A stretch of DNA of 60,338 bases, the filler included, from an uncultured bacterium (GTDB taxonomy: Bacteria; Auribacterota; CAZIXI01), in NCBI GenBank assembly GCA_964543115.1. It is 3 parts of 3 records of this genome, joined end to end, with 100 filler letters (N's around TTAATTAATTAA, not from the genome) between each part and the next. Parts side by side here need not be neighbours in the genome. Positions count along the whole stretch, not along the records: positions 20,318 to 40,375 come from CAZIXI010000034.1; 2 more parts are not named here. One strand, given 5' to 3'. The position numbers and the translations under genes were made by a program. The notes beneath the pieces are model-generated. The model saw nothing but the letters and a program-made list of their open reading frames with translations. It searched no databases and was not told the origin of the DNA. Positions 30,901 to 38,491 of this stretch are shown piece after piece (the stretch's first letter is position 1; each line of letters begins with the position of its first letter).

Positions 30901-31413
30901 AAGGCAGACTGTAATGAGGAAGCGGCAAGACAGTTGGCGTTATCGGCCTTCGATGCCCACCGGGATGGGTTAAGTGTTAATTTATCATTATACGCGGGGC
31001 GGCAGCGTTTAGAACCCTTTGGCGCCTTTGTTAATTCCTTGGCCTTTGTTGATTTGTTGCAACACGCCACCGATAAACAGCATACTGACGCGGATGGAGA
31101 TATCGCGGGGACCAAACGCTCTTTTCAGATTTTAACCCATGTCCGGGAACGGCATGATGAACGGATGCATTTTGACGGCATGGTTCCCGCTTATGCGGAT
31201 GGACTGACCGATCAAGATATGATTTGGTGTTATCACCAGGGATATAAAAAGGTCTATCAAGACAGAGACATAGATTTTACTGATCTGCGTTTAGAAGGGA
31301 CAAGTCCAGCGGACGTGGCTAAGATGTATATTCTTTTTGCCAAGGCGAATCGGATATATTTAGAACTTAATCAGGCGAGCCCTGGCGGTAGGCCAATAGA
31401 TACTTCCTTATAA
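24976..31413 (+). CDS. Giant signal-peptide protein with two tandem alpha-D-phosphohexomutase (PGM/PMM) domains and a PGI/SIS-like region; interrupted by one in-frame TAG at 25183-25185
   Basis: ORFs 24976-25185 and 25240-31413 share a frame and the 54 nt between them are open. Motifs FRDYDYR x2, TASH x2, DLDGDR / DLAGSR, SGERSGH; GTGIGGQ, ASKSGTTPET, NPWYQPGVEEGK. Confidence 0.8.
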
Positions 31414-31459
31414 ATATTAAAAATAAGGTTTCTGCAAAATAGGCTACGAAAGTCCAAAT

Positions 31460-31544
31460 GTCATACCCCAAGCTCTGCTTGGGGTATCCAGAAATAATTG
31501 CATTGCAAAAACTACTGGATCCCGCGGTTAAACCGCGGGATGAC
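31460..31544. repeat. Pair of oppositely oriented GTCAT...ATCCAG REP-like palindromes between convergent genes
   Basis: GTCAT-ACCCCAAG-ctctg-CTTGGGGT-ATCCAG (31460-31491) and CTGGAT-CCCGCGGT-taa-ACCGCGGG-ATGAC (31515-31544). Confidence 0.8.
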
Positions 31545-31567
31545 AATGTTGCATAAATCACGTATTT

Positions 31568-32719
31568 TTAGAAGCTGGGTTCGATGTAGAGGATCTTGAA
31601 CTTACTGAAATTAAGCAACGCCCCTTTCATAAACGACCAGTTGCTGAGGTATTTGATCTTGCACCAGAGGGCCCACTTATTCTTGGGATTCATCTGGAAG
31701 CACCCGCCGAAAAATTTGTAAGCGAAACGCAGGGTTCCCAGCAAAAAGATTATTGTTAGGATTTCGCTTATGCCGCTTCCCTTGGTGATTAAGCTGGTCA
31801 GGCCGCTCAAGATAAAACCCAAGCCGCAGATATGCAGCCAGTGGAAATTTCCCAGGTAAATCAGTCCCCGGAAAGGAAAGGGGAACTTAATCCGCGGGTG
31901 TTTCTTAAAGTTCTGAAAAACGATTTCGAAAACTTTTTTCGCGTGGGTATGTACCAGTACCGGGTGCCCTTTACCGTAGCCCACCCATACTTTTAATAGG
32001 GCCGGCAGATTGGCCCGGTGCATATGATCTACCCGCGCCTCCGGGGCAAAGTAAAGTTTGTAGCCGGCCTTGCGCACGCGCAGGGAAAGTTCAATATCCT
32101 CACCGGTTGGTTCGTGCCAGAATTTCAGCCCGAGTTTATCCATTACCTCTTTGCGGTAAGCGGCGTTAGCGGTGGCAAAATAAAATGCCCGGTGGCCGCA
32201 GACCTCTGAGGGGCTGAGATCGGAGATTGGCGGGAACTCTCCTTCTTTAATATCCATAAACCAGTAACGGCCGGCAACCTTGAGGAAACCTGTTTGTTCA
32301 CAATAGGATTCAATCAGGTTATCCGGTTCTACTACATGGGTGAATACCTCACCGCCAACCGCGGCGATTTGGGGATCGCGCTGGAAATGCTTGAGCATAA
32401 TATTTATCCATTCCGGGGTAGGGGCGCAGTCACCGTCGGTAAAAAAGAGGAAATCACCGCTGACCATATCCAGGGCCTTGTTGCGGGCAAAACCTGGAGA
32501 AGGGCAGTTGGGGATTTCTACCAGTTTAATAAACGGATGCTGGGCCTGCCATTTCTTGATCACCGCCACTGTGCCGTCACTGGAGCCGCCGTCGGCGATT
32601 ACCAGTTCCATCTTTTCTCTGGGGTAATTAAGTTTAAATAAATACTGAAATGTTTCTTCCAGGGTGCGTTCGGCATTGCGTACTGGAACAATAATCGATA
32701 CTTTCGGTTGTTCCGCCAT
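31568..32719 (-). CDS. GT2-family glycosyltransferase with C-terminal membrane segments
   Basis: Motifs VSIIVPVRN, IADGGSSDGT, FARN, FTDGDC, GEDIELSLR. Start at ATG 32719 after GGAGG. Confidence 0.88.
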   Translation of the reverse strand: MAEQPKVSIIVPVRNAERTLEETFQYLFKLNYPREKMELVIADGGSSDGTVAVIKKWQAQHPFIKLVEIPNCPSPGFARNKALDMVSGDFLFFTDGDCAPTPEWINIMLKHFQRDPQIAAVGGEVFTHVVEPDNLIESYCEQTGFLKVAGRYWFMDIKEGEFPPISDLSPSEVCGHRAFYFATANAAYRKEVMDKLGLKFWHEPTGEDIELSLRVRKAGYKLYFAPEARVDHMHRANLPALLKVWVGYGKGHPVLVHTHAKKVFEIVFQNFKKHPRIKFPFPFRGLIYLGNFHWLHICGLGFILSGLTSLITKGSGISEILTIIFLLGTLRFAYKFFGGCFQMNPKNKWALWCKIKYLSNWSFMKGALLNFSKFKILYIEPSF

Positions 32720-32720
32720 A

Positions 32721-32984
32721 TTATGACCTCCCTTTATTATGGAATAAGAGCACACAGACAAAAACTGAACTAAATAGAATAAAGTTAAAGATATTAAACA
32801 CCTTCCAGACAATATCCTCTGAAAGCAGGCCTGCCGGAAACATGATCAGCAGGCAGAACCACACCCCGCAGGCCCAATAAATACTGATGTCCGCTGCCGA
32901 TCTCCTTTTCAATATCCTGATAACCAGCGGGATATTGAAAAACGGCAAGGCCACCGCGGCAATAAGGGCGATTATCTGGATCAT
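32721..32984 (-). CDS. Small 3-TM PQ-loop/SemiSWEET-like membrane protein
   Basis: 87 aa with three hydrophobic helices; FNIPLVIRILKRRSAADIS matches the PQxxKxxxxKSxxDIS pattern with Q replaced by L. Confidence 0.6.
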   Translation of the reverse strand: MIQIIALIAAVALPFFNIPLVIRILKRRSAADISIYWACGVWFCLLIMFPAGLLSEDIVWKVFNIFNFILFSSVFVCVLLFHNKGRS

Positions 32985-34189
32985 AATAATTCAATGAAAA
33001 GATCTAAGTAGTCTGACAATAATCTTGTGGTCAGAAATTTTTCTCGTACGGTTTCCTTGGCCTTGGCGCCCATATCCGCGGCTAATTTGGGATTCTGCAG
33101 GAGTTCAATTACCTTATCCGCGCATTCCTGGTAGTTATGGGGATCAACGAGGAAGCCATTGTTGCCATCCTGGATCTGAGTAGGAATGCCGCCTATATTA
33201 GAGCCCACTACCGGTTTCCCTTTCCAAAGCGCCTCGGTAACGGTGAGGGCGAATCCTTCCTTGGTGGATTTTTGCATAATAATAGTGGAAAATCTCTGCA
33301 CGGCATTTACCAGAATATCATTATTGCCGACAACAAAGATCACATCGCCTTTATCCACCAGGCTCTTGGCCTTGCGGTAGACACGGGAGTAGATTTCCAT
33401 TCCTTCCGGATCATCGGTGGCCAGGTTATAACAAAAGAGCAGGCGGCAATCCATTTTTTGGCGGATGATTTTGTATACTTCCAGTACTCCTTCTGGATCC
33501 TTCCAATGATCCATGCGGGAGACCTGGGTGATGATCGGTTTATCGTTGGGCACACCGACCTTTTTCATGTATTTGGCGATATCAGCTTCTGAGAGTTCCT
33601 TGTTTTTCATGGCCAGCGGGTCAATTGCCGGGTGAACGATTCTCTGGTCCACCGGCAGATCGGCCTTCTTGTAGTTCTCATGGGAAAAAATAACCATATC
33701 GTAACGAAGAAGGAATGTTTTTAAAAATTCCCAGAGTTTTTTATTGGGATTGCTTAAATCAATATGGCAGCGCCAGATCCAGGGCTGTTGTTTACGGCAG
33801 TATTTTACCAGCGGCATGGGTTGGGGATCGTGCAGGAGCACACAATCATGGTCAATGTGGGTATAAACCGCGAATCCCTGATTTGTTTCCAGATAAAGTT
33901 TCTTTTTCATCGGTGTAATCTTGATTGGGCCGCTCTGCAGGGCGTTATGGAATTTTTTCGTTACCTCGAAAAAGGCCGGATTACCGTGCAGAATCCGCCA
34001 GCCGGCGTCAATTCCTACATAGTTCATCATTGGCACTAAGCGACTTAGCATTTCGGCCACTCCGCCTCCCTGGAAGGTGGAGTTAACGTGAATTACATGT
34101 TTGCCGTAGAGCTTACAGGCTTTCTTATAAATATTGGAAATAACAGCTTCACCAACGACTGGGATATAATCTTCCATGCTGAGTAACAT
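32981..34189 (-). CDS. treT: GT4 trehalose glycosyltransferring synthase (TreT-like)
   Basis: Motifs HVNSTFQGGGVAEML, TKKFHNALQ, HDPQP, WIWRCHID, VSRMDHWKDP, KEGFALTVTEALWK. RBS GGAGGA. Confidence 0.85.
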   Translation of the reverse strand: MLLSMEDYIPVVGEAVISNIYKKACKLYGKHVIHVNSTFQGGGVAEMLSRLVPMMNYVGIDAGWRILHGNPAFFEVTKKFHNALQSGPIKITPMKKKLYLETNQGFAVYTHIDHDCVLLHDPQPMPLVKYCRKQQPWIWRCHIDLSNPNKKLWEFLKTFLLRYDMVIFSHENYKKADLPVDQRIVHPAIDPLAMKNKELSEADIAKYMKKVGVPNDKPIITQVSRMDHWKDPEGVLEVYKIIRQKMDCRLLFCYNLATDDPEGMEIYSRVYRKAKSLVDKGDVIFVVGNNDILVNAVQRFSTIIMQKSTKEGFALTVTEALWKGKPVVGSNIGGIPTQIQDGNNGFLVDPHNYQECADKVIELLQNPKLAADMGAKAKETVREKFLTTRLLSDYLDLFIELL

Positions 34190-34231
34190 TTGTATCCTCC
34201 TTAGGTTGAGAGATCTAGCCGCACTTGGCGA

Positions 34232-34260
34232 ATTATACCCTTTTTTTGTTTAACCGACAA
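34232..34260 (-). promoter_or_regulatory. Candidate sigma70 promoter for treT operon (TTGTCG-17-TATAAT)
   Basis: Reverse complement of 34255-34260 is TTGTCG and of 34232-34237 is TATAAT; spacer is 17 bp. Confidence 0.55.
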
Positions 34261-34270
34261 TCGCTTTTTT

Positions 34271-34279
34271 TGCTATAAT
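34271..34279 (+). promoter_or_regulatory. Candidate extended -10 promoter for the hexokinase/ABC operon
   Basis: TGCTATAAT fits TGnTATAAT, 27 nt upstream of the ATG at 34306; RBS GAGGAGG. Confidence 0.5.
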
Positions 34280-34305
34280 CTAGCCTAAAAGAGGAGGAAT
34301 ATTTT

Positions 34306-35532
34306 ATGGACCTGGAACAGATGTTTGCGCTGCCACAGAAAAAGTTGGAACAGATAGTCAGGGATTTTCACGCGGAGATGGAGCGGGGCCTGGCGGGAGA
34401 GGAAAGTTCACTGCAGATGATTCCCTGTTATGTAACGCGGGCATCCGGCAAGGAACAGGGCCGGTTTATCGCGCTTGATCTCGGGGGAACGAATTTTCGT
34501 GTGTTGGGATTGGATTTATTTGGCAATGGTAAGTCCAAAATGCTGGCGGCAAAGAAATTTACTATTAGTAAGAAGCATATGGAAGGGCACGGTGATGACC
34601 TGTTTGATTTTATTGCCGATTGTATCAAAAGATTCCTGGTTGGCGAGAAGATCAGCGGAGATACTCATTTGGATTTAGGATTTACCTTTTCCTTTCCCGT
34701 GGCCCAGGCCGGAATAGCTTCCGGAACGCTGGTTAATTGGAGCAAAGGATTTATTACTTCCGGTGTAGTCGGCAACGATGTTGTGGAACTGCTTAATAAA
34801 GCTCTGGCCAGAGCGGGATTAGCTAACGTTACGGTGGCCGCCTTGGCCAATGATACAGTGGGAACGCTGGTTGCCAAGAGTTATGAGGAGCCGGAAGCAG
34901 ATGTCGGTGTTATTCTGGGTACCGGTACAAATGCCTGTTACCCCGAAAAACTGGAAAATATTCCCGCCTGGACGGGGCCGCCAACTTCCAGCGGCAAGAT
35001 GATCGTTAATATTGAATGGGGAAATTTTAATAAAGTGACGATGACTAAATATGGTAAAAAACTTGATCAGGAATCTAATAATCCCGGTCAGCATATTTTG
35101 GAGAAAATGGTTTCCGGGATGTATCTGGGGGAGATCTGCCGGCTGGTTTTTCAGGATGTGTTGGAGGATAAGACCTCTTATCGTGAGCCGTATAGTTATA
35201 AAACCGAGTACATGTCAAAAATAGCGGCGGAAAAATCCAATGACTTAATTGCCAGGATATGTTCCCTGGTGGCCAGGCGTTCGGCCCGAATCGCGGCCGC
35301 GGCCCTGGCGGCGGTGGTGACTAAAATGGACCCCCAGCTGGAGAACAATCATCTAATAGCGATTGACGGTTCACTTTACGAAAAATATCCCGGTTATAAG
35401 GCAATGATGAATGAGGCCCTGCTGGAGCTTTTGGGAGAAAAGGCGGCCAAAATAAAGATGGTCTTGGCTAAAGACGGGTCAGGTAAGGGCGCGGCGGTGA
35501 TTGCCGCCGTAGCGGTTCAAGATAAAATATGA
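34306..35532 (+). CDS. Hexokinase of the eukaryotic-type family (Hexokinase_1/Hexokinase_2 domains)
   Basis: Motifs ALDLGGTNFRV, LGFTFSFP, NDTVGTL, VILGTGTNACY, NIEWGNF, EKMVSGMYLGEI, IDGSLYEKYP, DGSGKGAA. Confidence 0.93.
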   Translation: MDLEQMFALPQKKLEQIVRDFHAEMERGLAGEESSLQMIPCYVTRASGKEQGRFIALDLGGTNFRVLGLDLFGNGKSKMLAAKKFTISKKHMEGHGDDLFDFIADCIKRFLVGEKISGDTHLDLGFTFSFPVAQAGIASGTLVNWSKGFITSGVVGNDVVELLNKALARAGLANVTVAALANDTVGTLVAKSYEEPEADVGVILGTGTNACYPEKLENIPAWTGPPTSSGKMIVNIEWGNFNKVTMTKYGKKLDQESNNPGQHILEKMVSGMYLGEICRLVFQDVLEDKTSYREPYSYKTEYMSKIAAEKSNDLIARICSLVARRSARIAAAALAAVVTKMDPQLENNHLIAIDGSLYEKYPGYKAMMNEALLELLGEKAAKIKMVLAKDGSGKGAAVIAAVAVQDKI

Positions 35533-36797
35533 AGATAATTTATTTTTTGTTTTTTGCCCTGTTAATCTTTTCTGCGGGCTGCGGGCGCCAAGAGGAGGAT
35601 GTGGTGACCTTTGCCGTGGGCGGAGCGCCGGCGGAGGTAGCTTTCTGGGAAACTCTGGTAAATGATTTTACCCGGGAAACGGGGGTTGGGGTGAGGATAC
35701 TCCGTCAGCCGACGGATACGGATCTGCGGCGGCAGGAACTGGTGATTTCATTAGAGGCGCGCAAACATGATCCGGATATTTTCTTGTTGGATGTGGCCTG
35801 GATTGCCCAGTTTGCCGCTTCCGGTTGGCTCTATAATCTGCCGGAAGATGATCTGGATCTGGCGGTTTTTTTTCAGCGGGTCTTAAATCTTGCCGATCGC
35901 TACCGGGGTAAACTTATTGCCCTGCCGGTGTACGTGGATGGTGGATTGCTTTATTACCGCTCGGACCTCTTGCGTAAATATGGTTTTTCCTCTCCCCCGC
36001 AAACCTGGCAGGAATTAGTGGATTATTCTCTTAAGGTGCAGGCAGGCGAGAGAGAGGCTGATCCCTCATTTTATGGTTTTGTCTGGCAGGGGGCGCAGTA
36101 CGAGGGTTTGATCTGTGATTTCCTGGAATTTGCTGTTTCCGCCGGCGGCGGGATTGCTTTACAAGGTGATCAGATTACCGTGGCCAGCAGGGCCAATGAA
36201 CGTGCCCTGCAGCTGATGACCGATCTGATTCATAAAGATAAGATTTCTCCGCCCAATACGTTTACCGAGATGAAAGAAGAACAGGTGCGGATTTTCTTTG
36301 AGCAGGGGCACGCCCTGTTTGAACGTAATTGGCCCTATGCCTGGGGCCTGCATCAGGGCAAAGATTCAGCGGTAAGAGGCAAGGTGGGGATCGCGCCGCT
36401 GCCGCATTTTCCCGGGGCTGAAAGCGCGGCCGCTCTTGGCGGCTGGCAGATAGGTATTTCCGCTTATTCTGATCTTAAAAAAGAAAGTTTTCAGTTCCTA
36501 AAATATGTTACTTCCCGGGCGGTTCAGAAAAAACTGGCTCTGAAATTAGGCTGGAATCCGGGGCGGACGGATGTTTACGATGATCCGGAAGTACTCAGGC
36601 GGATGCCTTATCTGAGTGAATTGCGGGAAGTTTTTGCTCATGCCTATCCGCGTCCGCTTTTGCCGTACTATACACTGATTTCCGAGGTGCTACAGCGTTA
36701 CCTCAATGCTGCCTTGAGCGGTAAACAGCCGGTTCCGGCTGCTTTAGCCGCCGCGCAAAAAGATAGCCAGCGGATAGTTGATGAGTATTCAAGATAG
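35529..36797 (+). CDS. Sugar ABC transporter substrate-binding lipoprotein (trehalose/maltose-like)
   Basis: Lipobox SAGC; motifs LDVAWIAQFA, GLLYYRSDLL, QYEGLICDFLE, FERNWPYAW, LGGWQIGIS. Confidence 0.88.
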   Translation: MKIIYFLFFALLIFSAGCGRQEEDVVTFAVGGAPAEVAFWETLVNDFTRETGVGVRILRQPTDTDLRRQELVISLEARKHDPDIFLLDVAWIAQFAASGWLYNLPEDDLDLAVFFQRVLNLADRYRGKLIALPVYVDGGLLYYRSDLLRKYGFSSPPQTWQELVDYSLKVQAGEREADPSFYGFVWQGAQYEGLICDFLEFAVSAGGGIALQGDQITVASRANERALQLMTDLIHKDKISPPNTFTEMKEEQVRIFFEQGHALFERNWPYAWGLHQGKDSAVRGKVGIAPLPHFPGAESAAALGGWQIGISAYSDLKKESFQFLKYVTSRAVQKKLALKLGWNPGRTDVYDDPEVLRRMPYLSELREVFAHAYPRPLLPYYTLISEVLQRYLNAALSGKQPVPAALAAAQKDSQRIVDEYSR

Positions 36798-36806
36798 GAG
36801 GTTGGT

Positions 36807-37664
36807 TTGCGGGATTCGGTTAAGTTCCTCCTGCCGCTTTTTTTGTTTCTCCTGCTTTTTGTGTTAGTGCCGGTCAGCGGCACGTTGATTAACAGTCTGT
36901 TCGAAGACGTTTCTTTCCTCTCCAGAAGATTTATTCTTTTTAAAAATTACGCCCGCCTGCTGACCGACCGCCTGTTCTGGCAGTCGGTTAGATTCACGCT
37001 TTTTTTTCTGCTGGTATCTGTGCCGCTGGAACTGGCCCTGGGGATGGTATTTGCCCTGCTGTTGAATATGAAAATACCGGGCCGCGGATTGTTGCGGGCA
37101 GCGGTGCTTGTACCCTGGGTGATCCCGGCGGCCATCTCGGCACGCACCTGGGAATTAATCTATAATTATCATTACGGTTTGGCAAACTTCTGCCTGCGGA
37201 TTATCGGTTTTGGTGATGCGGGGTTTAATTGGCTGGGTACCGGTTTTGGCGCCTTTAGCGCGGTGGTGCTGGCGGATGTCTGGAAGACAACCCCTTTTGT
37301 GGCGGTTATTTTTCTGGCCGGTCTGCAGGCTGTTCCCGATGAGATCTACGAACAGGCGCGCATTGACCGGGCGAATTTTTGGCAGATTTTTACCAGGATT
37401 ACCTTGCCGATATTAAAACCGGTAATTGTGGTGGCCCTGCTTTTCCGGACGATTGATGCCCTGCGGATTTTTGATCTGATCTATGTGCTTACCGGCGGCG
37501 GACCGGGCGGCGCGACGACTTCTGTTTCACTTTATGCCTATCAGTATTTTTTGAACGGTGATTTTGGTTACGGGGCGGTGGTTTCGGTGGTTCTCTTTAT
37601 AATTGCTTTTTCTTTCAGTCTTCTTTATGTGAAAGCGGCACGTTTCAGCAGTGAGGAAATATGA
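36807..37664 (+). CDS. Sugar ABC transporter permease (MalF-type)
   Basis: TTG start; motifs DVWKTTPF, LAGLQAVPDEIYEQARID (EAA loop), FDLIYVLTGGGPG. Confidence 0.9.
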   Translation: MRDSVKFLLPLFLFLLLFVLVPVSGTLINSLFEDVSFLSRRFILFKNYARLLTDRLFWQSVRFTLFFLLVSVPLELALGMVFALLLNMKIPGRGLLRAAVLVPWVIPAAISARTWELIYNYHYGLANFCLRIIGFGDAGFNWLGTGFGAFSAVVLADVWKTTPFVAVIFLAGLQAVPDEIYEQARIDRANFWQIFTRITLPILKPVIVVALLFRTIDALRIFDLIYVLTGGGPGGATTSVSLYAYQYFLNGDFGYGAVVSVVLFIIAFSFSLLYVKAARFSSEEI

Positions 37665-38491
37665 GAGAAGAGAAACTTAAATCTTTATTGACCTGGTTGG
37701 GATGTATTTTTATGATTATTTTCTGCCTGGCTCCTTTTATTTATATGATTACAGTTAGTATTAATCTGCGGCCGGATTTCCTCTCGCTAAATATCCCCTT
37801 TAAACTTACCTGGCAGAATTTTCGCAGTGTGCTGACTGATCCGACGCTGCACTTCTTGCGTTATCTGGTAAACAGCCTGGTCATTTCACTGGCCAGCGCT
37901 TTTTTCGCGGTGCTGATTGCGTCCCTGGCCGCCTACGCCTTTACCCGGCTGCGCCTGCCGGCAAAAAACAGTTTACTCTTTTTCATTCTGGCGGTTTCTA
38001 TGTTTCCCCAGATCAGCCTGGTTAGTTACCTGTTTAAGTTTATGGTGCGGTTCAATTGGGTGAATACCTATCAGGCGCTTATCTTGCCTTATATTGCCTG
38101 GGTCCTGCCATTGGCTGTCTGGATCCTGGTGAGTTATTTCTCTCAGATTCCCCGGGAGCTTGATGACGCCGCTTTTGTTGACGGCTGTTCCCGCTGGCAG
38201 ATCCTCTGGCGGATAGTATTTCCGGTAGCCGCTCCGGGTGTATTCTCGGTTTTTCTCCTGGCTTTTATTTTTGGTTTTAATGAGTTTATGTTTGCCCTGA
38301 TGCTGACCACCGATTTTCACGCGCGTACCGTTCCGGTAGGGATCGCCATGTTTGAGGGCCTGCACGGTGAGATTCCCTGGGGCACAATTATGGCCGCTTC
38401 GGTAATTGCCACCTTACCGGTAGTGGTAGTCACGATTTTCTTTCAGAAACGGATTATTGGCGGGCTCACCCGGGGTGCGGTAAAGGGCTAA
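37661..38491 (+). CDS. Sugar ABC transporter permease (MalG-type)
   Basis: Motifs IPRELDDAAFVDG (EAA loop), WNEF-like GFNEF, GLTRGAVKG terminus. Confidence 0.9.
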   Translation: MREEKLKSLLTWLGCIFMIIFCLAPFIYMITVSINLRPDFLSLNIPFKLTWQNFRSVLTDPTLHFLRYLVNSLVISLASAFFAVLIASLAAYAFTRLRLPAKNSLLFFILAVSMFPQISLVSYLFKFMVRFNWVNTYQALILPYIAWVLPLAVWILVSYFSQIPRELDDAAFVDGCSRWQILWRIVFPVAAPGVFSVFLLAFIFGFNEFMFALMLTTDFHARTVPVGIAMFEGLHGEIPWGTIMAASVIATLPVVVVTIFFQKRIIGGLTRGAVKG

